Part shown: positions 1 through 13,185 of the stretch, in pieces
Position numbering within the stretch: the stretch's first letter is position 1
Layout: each line of letters starts with the position of its first letter
NCBI RefSeq assembly: GCF_052425735.1
Contig: NC_135770.1
Coordinates: 1,054,001-1,118,000, forward strand
Length of the DNA stretch: 64,000 bases
Direction: 5' to 3'
From: Oculina patagonica
Lineage: Eukaryota
Translations under genes and position numbers: made by a program
The notes under the pieces: model-generated
Told to the model about the DNA's origin: nothing
Databases searched by the model: none
What the model saw: the letters and a program-made list of their open reading frames with translations, nothing else

Positions 1-191
1 AAAATTGCAGAAAAAAGTAGCTTTCTCTGGGTTAATAAAGTCCGGGCCATCAGCCATTTCTGAAAATTGAATTACCCCACAGATTTTAAAATCAAGGTTT
101 TGGTTAATTGAAGTTGTAAAGAAGTGAGAAACAAATGAAACGTTGCACAGAAAGATGCATCATTTGCAATAAATTTAGTAAGTCATTCTAC

Positions 192-3100
192 CTGGTCAGC
201 AGCTGCATCAACAGGAGCATGTGACACTAACTTCATCATCAGTTTTTCCACCTTCTTCAGGAAGTCCGACCTCTCCTTAGTGTTCTAACAAAAATAGCAC
301 TCAAGTCAGCATCGCCAATGCATACATTGTACATGTATTGAAAAAAAATAGGGGGGGGGGGGTCATTCAGAAGGTAATCTCATTTAGGCTTATCACAGAA
401 GTTTTAATTCAGATTAATAATAGTCTAAGAAATGGGAGTAAAACTAAGCAGAGTACAATAAAGTGATCTACATGTACTGTATATGTACATACAACAATGC
501 CAAGTTGCTTTTTTGATACAGGGGGATTATTCCTGACAGGTGCTAAGGTACCTACAGTAAACTACAAACCACTGGTAATGAATTAAAATCAACTCTTGAA
601 ACTAACAAAACAAATCATTTTAAAGTCAAAAATTAACTTAACTTTGGTACTCTGAGCACTGATATTATTGGTAGAGGGGGGCAAGAAGTAAAGGAAGCTG
701 ATCAGAATAGCAGTGATTATTTTAAAGGGATCAGGTTGTTTTTTAGTACAATGATAGCACCATACCACTTCTGAATTTGCCACACCCATGAAGTCCAGAT
801 AATTGAGTGGCAAGCCCTGACGGAATTCACGATCCTCCTCAAATGCAATCTGCAGTGCCCCAGGAATTAGCTGCAACAAAGTCACATTTATGTCACAAGT
901 CACAATGTTATCCAACTTACAATTATTAAGGGATCATCTTAAAATTATACCACTTTCAATAGCTCAAAAGACAGCTGGAATTATTTTCAGCAGCCATTGC
1001 TTTTTTTACTCCACAGAGTTCCAGAAACCTCCAGTATTGGCAAGGTATTAATTTTTATTGGCTTCTGTATGTAACTATATATAAGAATATCTTGTGAAAG
1101 TCTGCTCTTGAACTAAAATAAATAAATTAAAAGTTATTTTATAAGATGATCATCACCTTTTCCATAAAATCTGTCCATGAGTTCTTTTGATACGTGGACA
1201 ACGTGATGTGAAGAGAGTGGGTGTCACTTGGTGTGTCTGCCTAAAAGAAACAAAAATGAAAAATGTTAATTTGAGTACAACAGTTAATTGGTGTTATCAT
1301 AGTTACACACTGTTAGGCGTTACTATGTTCGAAGCATTAGGTTCTTGCTGCTACGATGCAGTCAGTAGCTTGCTAGCATACATGTAGTTGTAACATAAAG
1401 AAGTCAGCCATGCCTTTGTTTTTGTTTACATATGAGAGTTTCTGAATTATATTTTATGCAGAGCGTGTCTAAATGAAAGAGATCACTGTGAAACTGTTAA
1501 ATGTTTTTAAACACACTTCTACTAACACAACTTACTACAATGCAATAAGATTTCACCTCACCATACAATTTTAATAATTTTGATGGCATTGAAAATGGCT
1601 GAGGCTGACCATAGGTTCCTTTAATTCGATTATTATTATTATAGACTGTGCATGGTCTCTTTCTTATCTTAGAAAGTGAAAAAAAGGTCTTATTTCAGTG
1701 ATCATTTACATGTAGTTCATGACTGACCTGATGTATTGTTCCTCTTGGAAAGTAAAGTACATCTCCAGCTGCAAGCTCTGTATCAAGAATAGGATCACCA
1801 ATTTCTTCTTGGCTGAAATTATCTGACAATGGAGGAAAGAACCCTGTTATGACCATACATGTAGTTATTATTATAATTTTATGGTAAAAATAAAATTATG
1901 TACACTTCAAGTTGGCATTGTCCTCTTGGATGTTAGAGTCACATTTGCTTTTTATATAGATACCTTTTAACATACTTAAAGTGTACAAAAAGATCAGAGA
2001 CAAGGACATACAGTCAACTCTCGCCTTGCGGACACCCCGCTATTGCGGACACTCGCTATTACGGACAAAATCCAGATCCCCGGCGAAAGAGGTTTGACTG
2101 GAAATGACTCCCACTATTACGGACTCTCGCTATAACGGACACTAAACGATGCCCCTGGCGTGTCCGCTTTAATGAGAGTTGACTGTAGTTAGTAATATAT
2201 TTTCTATTTTCCCAGATCTGCAAAATAATATTTTTGTTTCTCCCCCGAATATTGCAAAGAATGTCTTAACACCACTCTCAAGTTCTAACTAAAATGCTTC
2301 TTATTGGTCACATCAGCTGAACAGACAATTGAGATTCACATACCACTAGAATACCTGGGTAAGGATTCTGCATCATTCCTGCAACATGAAAGAAGAACAT
2401 CATAATATTATCATGATAGTAGATTTTTATGTCATTCTCTGCGAGTTTAAGCACTGTTAAGGTATGGTTTAGTTGAAATAACAAAACAGATGGAAGAAGA
2501 TGGAGAGCATCCTCATACACTATCTCCCAATTTTCAATCTTGATCAACATCTTAAAATTGCCTTTAACAATTTATATTCAAAAAGAAACATTCACTAAAA
2601 TGAAAGAAAAGAAACATCAAAACATTGTTAACTAAGCTTTTGAACAACTGGGCCTATCAATTTTTGTTGACATTACAGGGCAACAAAAAGCAAATCTGTA
2701 CCTTGGATTATAAAGTCTCCAGTGTTTCCGGCCTTCCAGTTGCACAACAAAGGCTTCAATGTCGTCGTAATGCGGCGCAAAGCCTTGCGAACCAGGAGGA
2801 GTCAGGTAGCTAAAATAAAAACAGACAATTGGATTCATCTGCAGTCTTAAAATGTTTCCATTCTTGGGGATTTCTAGATGGACTATACTGTACCTCCCCA
2901 AACACCATTATACCAAAAATAATTCCACATTAAATTTTGTTTGTTAATTTCGTTTGTTTGTTCAAAAATGGCCTGTATCTTTAAGCAAACATCAGCTATT
3001 CACTTGGCATGCATGCTTAATTTCAAAATATATTGTACTTACACATTGGCACCAACCAAGCATCCAAAGTACTCCTGTAACAGTGAAGTCAACTTCCACA

Positions 3101-4568
3101 CTGAATGTGAAAAGGCTTGAGGATTCAGAAATCTCAGAGAACAGCCATTCTGCAGAGACAGCCATGAAATAATATACTTTAGGAACCATAATCACATTTA
3201 CAGCAACATTAGGAACAACACTTGAGATTAAGAAGCTAGAGTAGGCAAGTCCCTGCGACTCCCTGTGATAAGTCCCTTCAAGAGTTTATACAAAGGGACT
3301 AGTCACAGGGACCTGTGCCCTTGTGTGTGTACCTTAATTTTGAGGGACAATTCACAGAAAGAATAATCAGTAGTTCACAGAAAGCTTGGGCTGCTTGGCC
3401 CAGCACTTGCTTTGACAGGAATAGTCACAAAGACCTGTCCCTTTGTGTGTGCAGTAGTGTCCTTGCCTTAATGGAAACCTTCACTCTTATGACAAGTTGA
3501 AAATGAATTACTTGGAATAATGTCTAAATTCCAAGGGACTGAAAAAACATTTTTTTCGGTAATTTCTTGACATTCTCTGTCTTTGCTATTCTTTGAAAGC
3601 ACAATTTTTTGATTTTCTCAGCCTTGTCAGGCATGTTCCGCCATCTTGGATTCAAGATGGCGGAACATGCCTGACAGGGCTGAGATTTCAGCGAAATTTA
3701 TAGCAGTAAACAAAGATATTTTTAATATTTTAACTCCAAAATCGTGCGTTCAAAAAATATCAAAGACAGAGAATGTCAAGAAATTACCGAAGTTTACCTA
3801 ATTCTTTTATCGCTTCGACAAAAGAACTTTCTGAAGCATGAAACAACATTCAATAGTAAGTAAAAAAGAAAAAAAGAACCGCTTTTAAATTTCCTGTGCA
3901 CCGCCATTTTGGATTTTATGACGAGCTACTATTGTTTGGATCTTTTGTGTGAAACTATATATTGAGCAACCATTACACATCAGAAAATCCAAAATGGTGG
4001 TGCACAGGGAATTTAAAAGCCACATTTTCCCCAGTTTTCTATTATGACTTATATATATTTCTCCCTTGTCCTGTAAAATTTAAATATAGGCATTATTTCA
4101 AACAATTCAAAGTCACCTTGTCACCCAGGGGGGTACTCCAGGATCCAAGTGACGAGGATGTGCGAAGGATTTTTTTGGGGTCGAAAGTTTCGATTCCGGG
4201 ATTTTTTTGGGTAGGAGAATTTGGCAGGTATTTTTTTGGGTGACTTGATTTAAATAGGGGATTTTTTTGGGTATTAAAATCAAACTAAAGTGCCTTGGCG
4301 CGGCCTTGGCAATTTAGGGGTAATTTGACTAGGGATTTTTTTGGGCGTTTTTTTTGGTCCAGGGATTTTTTTGGGTAACGTCGGGAGACTTAGGGATTTT
4401 TTTGGGTCCTGAGTTTTGCCTCCATTCGATCATCCCCGTCACTTTGATCCCGGAGTACCCCCCCCCCCTGGGCCTTGTCATAAGAGTGCATGTGGATGTT
4501 CCCTTTATTATGAATTAAACATGTATGTTGCATTTAATTTTTTTTTTTATTTATTTTTTTTTTTTTTT

Positions 4569-4611
<43 letters not shown>

Positions 4612-4838
4612 TTTTAAAATATATAACCCCCCNNNNNNNNNNNNNNNNNNNNNNNNNNNNNNNNNNNNNNNNNNNNNNNNNNNNNNNNNNNNNNNNNNNN
4701 NNNNNNNNNNNNNNNNNNNNNNNNNNNNNNNNNNNNNNNNNNNNNNNNNNNNNNNNNNNNNNNNNNNNNNNNNNNNNNCCACGAATGGGAATTTTTTTTT
4801 TTATATATTAACCAACCCCCACCCACCCCATTAATTAA

Positions 4839-4914
<76 letters not shown>

Positions 4915-7245
4915 ATGTACAAATACAAGAGCATGGGTTTTATGCATGTTACATGTACAAAGAAACCTTTTTCTTTTTTGGGGCGGTGATACCACTTATG
5001 TCACACAGGCCTACAAAGTTTACTTATAATTACACACCTCATAGTAATCCCACACAACTGGAGCATGAGCCCTGCCTGTCGGGTTATGCGTCTCTCTCTT
5101 TCCATCTCTGTATGACGTCACATCCAAGTTGACTGAGAAATAAACTCTGTGCTAAAACAAACAACAAAATTCAAAACAAGTATGACTCAGGGAAAAATTT
5201 AACCACGACATATCTACTTATGACAGATTTGTTGAAAGGGGGGGGGGGGGAATTTTAATGATGGTTTAATTTAAACATTGTCTTGGCCCAAGGTAATTGG
5301 TGAAATAAATTGCAATCTTATCACCGGGTTCCTGAAAGCAGACATTAATACATGTAGTCTCAAACGGACAAACATAGAAATTGAAGATAAAATGGAAAGA
5401 TACCTTTCTGAGAATGTCATCCAGCTCTTTGGTGCTGAACCAGCCATCATTGTAGGTCAGGTGATGTCGCTTTATTAACAAAGGCTTTTGTTCCCATAAA
5501 TCACTACCAAAGTGAAGCATTTTTAAACTATTATGGCAAAGTCTTAACAAGAGTAGTGGCAATACACGTATAGCTTCTGGAGCTTTTTCTGGTTTCCCTA
5601 TCAGGAAGCAACTAGTTAACCAACCCTCCAAGTTAAGACCATTTTGTCGCCATGGCGACAACTGAAGCGGCGACAAATTTGAACAATTGGGAGGAAAGAG
5701 AAAGCATCAGCATGGGACACCGGCGACCAAACTGAGAGGGGGCCAAGGCAAGGAAAAAAATAAACTTGGAGGGTTGTTAACGGACGGTATTTTAATTGCT
5801 ACTCCTTTTAGATGAGATTCTAGTTCGCCCCAGGTTACCCCTGACATTTTCTCAGGTTTCCCTGACTGTTTGCCAGGTCTGGGTGGATAGAGGCACTTTG
5901 AAAAGCATGGCCAGTGCTTGAACCAGGAACATTTATTTTGATCCAGAGTCCAAGGTGCTAACCATTAGACCACCACATCTCCCACAGACATCTGTCATCA
6001 CTTAAAGACACCATGCTGGTGACGTACATGTAGCTCTGCAGAGATCCTCAGTGTCTCTGATTGCTTGTTTCATGCCAAAAAATCAACACCAAGCATCAAC
6101 AAAATCAGAAACAAAACATGGATCTCTATAGAGCGACATCGTCATATTTTATAATAATTATTCGGGTCAAATTACAGATGTTCTGCGAAAATTTTCTTGG
6201 AGCTGTTTCAGAGCCACCTTAAATTTTGCAGGTGGCTCTGAAACCGCACAGAGGACTTTTTTTAACTACAGTTGAATCCCGATAACTCGAACCCTCATAA
6301 CTCAACCTCCCGCTCTCGAACCGTTCATCTCCTCCGGTCATTTCACTATTTACCCCCCGACTCCCGATACCGATCTCGTTCCCTGAAGGTTCGAGTTATC
6401 GGGATTCAACTTTTTGCAAAAAAATTATATCCTAAATGGTGATTTTTTGATAATAAAAATGGAGGTCACTGAACTCATTTTTTGAGTTTTTAGCACTTAA
6501 AGCTAACATTGACGGTGTTTTTAACAGGTAATACTGTTGCTATGGTTTCCAGTGACGTCAAGAAAATTACTACAATTTGTTTATTAACGATTGGCCATTT
6601 GTTTGATACCATTTTTGTGGCAGTAACTGATAAATATTTGTAGCACTGACCCACCAAAGTATAGGAGCTGGAAAGTGCTGGAAACTGTTGGCAGCCTCCT
6701 TAAGTTAAACTTCTCAAAGACGTTTTATACCTGAAAAATTTCCCGGCTTTCACTGGACTTATTAACCAAGAGAAAAGCTTATCAGCCTCTATCTCCTCTT
6801 GATCCAAGTTGTTGTTTACTGTCACTTCCCCCTGCTGGTCCGTTTCCTCGTTCCCAGTCTCGCTGTCTGTTTTGTCAGCGCCAGCCGCCTTCTCCACAGA
6901 CAAGCTGTGTACTGCAAGATTACTTGAGGAGTTCTCAAGTTCGACGCGATCATAACTTCGGTATCCGTTCCTTTTCTTCTTGCGGCTGGACATACCCAGA
7001 CTCTGTCTAAGCCTGTTAGCTTTGCTTAATAACTTTCCTTTTCCTTTGTGTTTGGGCTCTAGAATATCTGGAGTTTGTTCATCATGATCAAAAGTTCCAT
7101 TCGTGTCCGCCATGTTCAAACTTTTAGTGCTGCTCAATTTGCTCGCCTTCTTAGAGCCGCGACTTGACGAATTTTCTTCGTGTGGCCTTTTCTTCGACCC
7201 AGACGGTTTAGTGACTATTTCTTCCTCCTTTCTGCGAAATTTCAT
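192..7245 (-). CDS. RIOX1: Ribosomal oxygenase 1 / NO66 (JmjC histidyl hydroxylase-demethylase), multi-exon, 3' end beyond the window's left edge
   Basis: GT-AG exons 7245-6731, 5503-5404, 5151-5038, 3149-3043, 2809-2702, 2378-2344, 1822-1728, 1240-1157, 870-766 and 284-192 join in frame. They give [64 protein letters not shown] (HxD), [14 protein letters not shown] and [11 protein letters not shown], all typical NO66 segments. The N-terminus is basic and low-complexity. Confidence 0.95.
2011..2185. mobile_element. MITE, Tc1/mariner-pogo-like (TA-flanked)
   Basis: TA|CAGTCAACTCTC...GAGAGTTGACTG|TA terminal inverted repeats, with internal CGGACA repeats. Confidence 0.8.
3556..3791. repeat. 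Foldback palindrome / MITE-like
   Basis: Outer arms TTCGGTAATTTCTTGACATTCTCTGTCTTTG / CAAAGACAGAGAATGTCAAGAAATTACCGAA, and an inner hairpin TGTCAGGCATGTTCCGCCATCTTG-GATT-CAAGATGGCGGAACATGCCTGACA. Confidence 0.85.
3881..4020. mobile_element. Short MITE-like inverted repeat
   Basis: GCTTTTAAATTTCCTGTGCACCGCCATTTTGGATTTT ... AAAATCCAAAATGGTGGTGCACAGGGAATTTAAAAGC. Confidence 0.7.
4124..4473. mobile_element. MITE with CCC(A/G)GGGGGG termini
   Basis: CCCAGGGGGGTACTCC...GGAGTACCCCCCCCCCTGGG ends and internal GGATTTTTTTGGG repeats. Relatives at 16918-17223, ~35450-35693 and ~37718-38031. Confidence 0.75.
4633..4778. other. Assembly gap flanked by low-quality poly-T/poly-A
   Basis: Run of N with homopolymer flanks. 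Confidence 0.99.
6269..6411. mobile_element. MITE (CAGTTGAATCCCGATAACTCGAACC family)
   Basis: TIR CAGTTGAATCCCGATAACTCGAACC / GGTTCGAGTTATCGGGATTCAACT. A related copy lies at ~12214-12362. Confidence 0.7.
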
Positions 7246-7468
7246 CTTCCTTTTTTAGCTGCGATTGGTAAACCCCAAAGGCAGAACGTCGTCGAAAACT
7301 CGACTTCATTTCATCGAAAACCCGCGTGGAAATTGATTCTCCCGCGTAATGTACCAGCGGATATATCACAAAACATAGCGCACGCTATGTAAGAGTAACA
7401 AAAATTCCCAAAGAGCGATCGAAACGGCCATACTGGATTTGCGTTGACAGCTTCAATCGCCAAAGAAC
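7246..7468. promoter_or_regulatory. Probable bidirectional promoter RIOX1/ZDHHC
   Basis: 223 bp between divergent ATGs, CpG-enriched, with ATTGG (reverse CCAAT) at ~7264. Confidence 0.65.
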
Positions 7469-8353
7469 ATGAATGATTTCGTCCGACATAAATACTTTGG
7501 GAAAGCTCCCCGAAGCACTATCCTTGGAGCTCACTGCACGGGACTTGGATACGTCGTTGTAATGATTCTTCTTCTACTTTGGCTGGAGTTTTTTGAAGTT
7601 ATTCCTTCGCTGTTTCAGAACTCTCGGCACCTGTATGTAATCAATTTTATTAGTTTTCTTTACATTATGATCAACGTGATTGGAAACTATTACTACGTAG
7701 TAACGACTGACACATCTTACAAGAAAGGTGAAGCATTCGGTGAAGAGAGAGATGGTGATTTCTATTGTCAATCATGCGAACAAAATTCGCCTCCAAGGTC
7801 ACACCATTGTTCGTTTTGTGACAGGTGCGTGGTAAGGCGTGACCATCATTGCTTCTTCACAGCCTCCTGCGTTGGTCACGCAAACACTCGTTTCTTCGTA
7901 GTCTTCAATCTGTTTGTATTCGTCGGATCAGCTTATGTGGTGGTTATAAACTTGTTCTATCTGCACGTCAAGATCGGCCCTTTAATTCCTCTTAGCTTTG
8001 AAGCCATCTGCAAAGTGGTACCCCTTTTGACTGTGTTTAAACTGTGGACCGGAAGTGTCACGCTATTTTATTTCCTTGTGGTCGTTGTGACATGGCTTTG
8101 TTTAGTTCAAGCTCTTGGTTGTTTTGGGTGTTTCTTCTTTCAAATGACATTGATTTTCTCCGGACAGACAACTTACGAATGGAGACACAATATTGTTCTT
8201 TATGATCAAGGATGGAAGAAGAATTTTCTAGAAATCTGTGGACGCCTATGGTACCTGTGGTGGCTTTTCCCATTTTTTCAGCGGCAGAAGCTTTCATCGA
8301 AAGAAGAAGAGTACTATGCTCAATATACTTCAAAAACTTCCAAATATGTTTGA
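7469..8353 (+). CDS. DHHC palmitoyltransferase (ZDHHC22/24-like), single exon, 294 aa
   Basis: DHHC-CRD CQSCEQNSPPRSHHCSFCDRCVVRRDHHCFFTASCVGHANTRFF, several hydrophobic TM segments, and the TTxE motif (GQTTYE). Confidence 0.93.
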   Translation: MNDFVRHKYFGKAPRSTILGAHCTGLGYVVVMILLLLWLEFFEVIPSLFQNSRHLYVINFISFLYIMINVIGNYYYVVTTDTSYKKGEAFGEERDGDFYCQSCEQNSPPRSHHCSFCDRCVVRRDHHCFFTASCVGHANTRFFVVFNLFVFVGSAYVVVINLFYLHVKIGPLIPLSFEAICKVVPLLTVFKLWTGSVTLFYFLVVVVTWLCLVQALGCFGCFFFQMTLIFSGQTTYEWRHNIVLYDQGWKKNFLEICGRLWYLWWLFPFFQRQKLSSKEEEYYAQYTSKTSKYV

Positions 8354-9343
8354 ATACAGCTCAAGTCTGTTATCGCCGACCATATTTGATAAAGATTAAT
8401 ATTTTGTATTACAGGCAACCCCTGGATGCAAAGAGTTGTTGTCATTGGGACATGGTGTCATAACACCAGTACTGTGATTCTGAGCAGGCACTTGTTTTGA
8501 GTAGTTCAGATCACATCATTTGAGTAGAGGAGTCATGCAAAATACGTGGCAAAAATAAATGCTTCTTGTGTAATGGTAAGCTAATGGCATTTCTTATCAC
8601 CAGGGATTGTCTGCATAAAACAACAATAGTTACATTCAATCTTAAAAAATATTAATAAATTATAAAATGAGAATAAGTCAATCACTTTATTTAATTGTTC
8701 AGCATAACTAGCTCTTCTGTGCTAATCGAGGATGTAGTAACCACTGATTGAGCAATCATCTGTTGTTAAAAAGTGCAGTACAACCTGATACATTTTCATT
8801 AAAACCTGAGTTTATCAATGAAGTTTCATCATATACCTTATTGTACTTATCGGGAACAGCGAAGGAAAAGGGAAGGGGAAAAAAACAAAAACAAAAAAAA
8901 CAAAGAAAACGCGGAAAGCGGGTCTTTGCGCTGAAAAGAAAAGCGCGAAAAAACCCGCGAAAATAAGTAACAATAAGGTACACATTCTCTATATATTTAG
9001 ATTATATATTCTCTCTATATTGAGCTTCATAGCTTAAAGTCTCGTAGTTTGTGTAGTGCCTTTTGTTTGAGATTTAATTATGACTAAGGCATTTTTGTGC
9101 AATTTGACATCCTGTTGTCGTGTAGTCGTGGCATTTTTGTGCAAATTGACATCCTGTTGTCGTGGATACTAAGTTTTTAACTATTAAGCTATGTCCTACC
9201 TCAGGGGATATGTCAAGATAATGGCAAACAGTTTCTAAGAAACCAATTTTATTATGTAATAGAGATTTTTTTTTTCAAATGTGCATGTGTTTCTTATGCA
9301 ATGTAAGATAGAAAAAGAGTCTCTGGTAGTAATCACTATGTAA

Positions 9344-11996
9344 TCACTGAGGATTTTGAGGACGTGTTCCTTGTAATCGAATAAATTCAAAGTAGTCGAT
9401 ATATCCATCGGAATTCAGGTCCCCTCTGTTTAGAACACGATCCACCATATCTGCAAACTGCTCCTCCGTAGCTGAATGTTCTGTTCCGGTCTTATGGTGT
9501 TCGAAGCCATGATACATTTCAAGGCCATCCAGTTTTTTGTTCCCGTCATAATCGTGGAGGGTAAAGTAATAGAATTGGGTATCCTCGTCGCTCAATGTGT
9601 CTACGTTGATGTCGGTTTCGTCTTTAAGATGCTCTTTGATGTGACTAAAAGAAATAAAAAAAGTAAAGAGGAAATTTATATTGGGACATTCCATTTTTAT
9701 CCGAACCCCCGCTGTGAAAGGCATATTTTATAGTAGGGTGACGACAAAACGAAACTTGTCGGAATCTGGATTTTAGAGTAAATGATGGGTGTCAGAATCG
9801 CCCTTTTACCCTGTAGAAGGGGGGTGTCGGAAACGCAATTTTTCATTATAATCACGATTTACTTTATTATCACAATTTTACCCAATATTAAGGGTGTCAA
9901 AATCGCAATTTAAAACAATATCAGGGGTGTCGGAATCGCCATTTTACCCAATATAGGGGTGTCAGAAGCTTAATTTGCCTAAAATCTTGGGTGTCGGAAT
10001 CTAAATTGGAAAAAGGGCACCTGTCAGTATAGTGCCTTTAACAGAGGGGGGGGGGGGGGGTGTAAAAAATAAATAGAATGTCTCATTTACCGTTTTCTCG
10101 TTTTCTGTCTTTTTTACAAAACCATTGAACCTATCTCTAGGGACTGTATGTGTATGTTGGTTATGAAACTTAATGCAATCAAACAAATTACTTCTGTCAG
10201 TGTGTGTTTAAATGACAAAACCGTGCCATCATTAAAAACAAATACGTCTCTCGGAAGTTTAAATTACAAGTTACAAACAATCAAGGTTAACTTTGAAAAG
10301 CAGCCTAAATATATAATAATGTTGTCCGTTCTGATTTTCTTCAATTCTTGTCCATTTGTACCTTCTATTTGTCCTGTTACAAAAATGTTTTTTCACCGTT
10401 TCAAAACGTTCTTCGAAAGTTCTGTTGGCCATGCTTATATTCCACTCAATTTTGTGGCCATTTTCTTTTGCACCATAACTGAGAAAATTCGCGCACGCTC
10501 ATTGGTCAAAGGCTATGGTCGATGACAGAGTCCATGAGAGACCATGACGTATTATAACCTGTAACGCAACGCAAGGAAAATTTCGGGAAAAAAAATGTCA
10601 CGACTTTTCCAAAAGACATAACCAAGCGAGCTGTAAAAAGGCAGCTTGAACATTAAGGAAGAAATTTTAACACATTCGTCGCCTTGGCTGTTTTTATGCT
10701 AAAGACGATAATGTCGTCAGACTACTGTCGTCAGACTAATGTCGTCAGACTAATGTCGTCTGGTTTAAAAACAGAACGCCTTTATGTAGACAGCTTTTCA
10801 GAAAAAAATAAAAAAAAGACTGGGTTCGACACTCGGAGGACACTGGACACTAAGGCGTAAAGCAATCAGACGTTAAAGGCGTCTGTCTTATTTACTGTTT
10901 TCATACTAGTTAACGACGTCCCGTTTTTATACTAGACGGCTTTAACGTCTGAGACGTTTAAGCTGTCCGACTAAAAAACAAATCAAATACATTTTCCATG
11001 GTCAACACTATTATAGATCATAGAGATGACGGCATAACATTTCCAAAACTCTGCAGTGACTGAAACCACTCGCCTAAAGGCTCGTGGTTCCACTTGTGTC
11101 AGTTGAACATTTTACGAAATCATTTCTAAAATCTTTAAAAGTGTACACCATGAAAAATTGTGGTCGAATTGTTAGAGTGATTCTAATCAAATGTTAGTGT
11201 GTCATAGTGCTTACTAATAACATGTAGTATTAGTGCGTGGCCAGTGACACAAAAAACAAAGAATAAAAAAACAAAAGAATTACTTACGCTATAGCGGAAT
11301 AAGAAATAGTATCCCGTATTATATAAAAAATATATATATATATGGTTGTATCTGACCTCTAAAAATGTTAATTTTTGTACCAAATTTTCGGCACCATTCT
11401 GTTTCCTTCTTCAGAAAAAAAAATGACTAAAAAAATATATTTAACAAATTAAGAACTTGTGACGGTCCCTAAGGGATAACTGGATACAATACAGTGTGTA
11501 TCATGCCACTATCTATTCAAAAAAACCGCTTTAAATGTTTCTATTTGGCTATTATCCGAGACACAGTCCTTTTAGATATAAAATTTGCAAAAAATTCAGA
11601 GACGTACACTATTTTGCGGAAAATGGCCATGGAAAACGACGAAAAAAATGTAATTAATGAAATTAACAAATTACAAAACAGGTGCTCGCTACTCTCTAAT
11701 CTATTCAGTGAGACGTATCATGCAAAATTGCTGCCTAAATATTGCCAGTTTAATTTTATAAGCGTTTTACATAGTTAAAGAGTTATTGACCTGAAAATAT
11801 CTAAATATATTTATAATTGAACGAGTTCTTAGTTTGAGTTTTACAGAGGAATAACTACTACTTACTCTCGATCGTGCGTGACTTCAGTTTCGTTCAGAGC
11901 TGGCAGAGCTGACTCGTGTTCTTCGTGGGCACGCACAAAGGAGAGAAGAGCGAGCGAGAACATACACACTTTGATGAACCTGTGAAGTAAAACCAT
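9344..11996 (-). CDS. MCFD2-like EF-hand protein, paralog A (2 exons)
   Basis: Exon 1, 11996-11866: MVLLHRFIKVCMFSLALLSFVRAHEEHESALPALNETEVTHDR (signal peptide). Phase-2 intron. Exon 2, 9644-9344: HIKEHLK...FYYFTLHDYDGNKKLDGLE...DLNSDGYIDYFEF...NPQ*. Confidence 0.9.
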
Positions 11997-12396
11997 CCTT
12001 CTTTACTTCTTTGCCGTGCGCTGCTTCGAACCTCTGCCATAAAACCCAATTGTAATATATTTTTGTCAAGATATCTTTATGAATACGTTTGGTCACTCAA
12101 TTGGTAGGTTCTACAAAGACAATGGCATGGTTCATTCCTTCGATTAAGTTGTGTCACCATGTGAGAGCTCTCGTCTTACATTTGCATATTTAGAGAGAGC
12201 CGCTAGATAACTACAGCTGAACCCCGATAACTCGAACCTTCAAGGGAAAACGAAAAAGGTTGAGTTATCGAGGAAAAAATAAGTAAGAAAATGAACTGAA
12301 GGGGAATTGACCATGAAAAAGGTTCGAGTTAGCGGGAGGTTCGAGTTATTGTGATTCAACTGTGTTTTCTTTTGTAAACGCGTACGTCTTTATGCT

Positions 12397-12626
12397 GGAT
12401 TTCCACTGGCGCGTAATTTTTTACGTGTTTACGTGCGTGAAAAAAAATTAGTGACAATGTATGAACGACTTGCGTACACGTTTACGCAAGTCGTTCATAC
12501 TTTGTCTTTAAATTTTTTTCACAAACGTAAAAAATTACGCGTCAGTGGAAATCCAGATAAAGACGTACGCGTTTAAAAAGCACAGTAAACGCACGTAAAA
12601 AATTACGCGTCAGTGGAAATCCACCT
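12397..12626. mobile_element. MITE-like element with duplicated right end
   Basis: GGATTTCCACTGGCGCGTAATTTTTTACGTG is inverted to AAAAATTACGCGTCAGTGGAAATCC, which occurs twice (~12530-12554 and ~12597-12622). Confidence 0.6.
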
Positions 12627-13012
12627 TCAGGCGTTCAGTCAGAGCACGTCCATAGAGCAGATAGAGGGGGAAAATTACTGCGTTCTAATTGATCGAGACA
12701 ACGGGTATTTTGGTTATTTTTCGGCCTCGTGCCGCTTTAACTTGTACAAGCGATAGAAAACGCTGAAAAGCGGACAATATTGGAGCTGTGTTGTACGTAC
12801 AACGCAGGAATAAGCCACAAGGATAAGTCCGTTTAGAAGGGTTACTATTCTTATTACAGCGCATTAATTTATTATGGTGTCAAGTTACAGGACAGGTACA
12901 CTTTCGGAAAAATCTAAATAATAACAAAAATATACATCCCTCTGTTACGGTATGAGCAGTATCTTGTATTTCATGTACAAAGTCAACCTAGTGAAATGAC
13001 CCAGCTCACAAC

Positions 13013-13185
13013 GAGTCTCTCGTAGCTCAGTTGGTTAGAGCGCCCAACCGGTATCTGGGAGGCCATGGGTTCGATTGCTCGTCGGGGACTCAGAATTTTT
13101 CTTTGTCCCATGCTCGTGTCATGTTGAATACTTCATCTTCATTATTTATTACCGAGCTTAAAATTTACCATCTTTACTATTTACT
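13013..13185 (+). mobile_element. tRNA-derived SINE
   Basis: A-box TAGCTCAGTTGGTTAGAGC and B-box GGTTCGA followed by an unrelated tail; no valid acceptor stem. Confidence 0.75.

Noticed and set aside
4416-4934. Poly-Phe/poly-Lys ORFs and an apparent poly-T/poly-A inverted repeat
   Set aside because: Homopolymer sequence flanking an N gap; likely a sequencing or assembly artefact.
5651-5676. 14-bp match (GACAACTGAAGCGG) to the Penelope 3' region
   Set aside because: Too short, with no flanking similarity; compatible with chance.
9740-10760. CRISPR-like spaced repeats (GTGTCGGAATCG; AATGTCGTCAGACT)
   Set aside because: Eukaryotic context, degenerate short units, irregular spacing and no cas genes; these are minisatellite or transposon subterminal repeats.
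13013-13090. Possible tRNA gene
   Set aside because: Has A/B boxes but no paired acceptor stem, and continues into a SINE-like tail.
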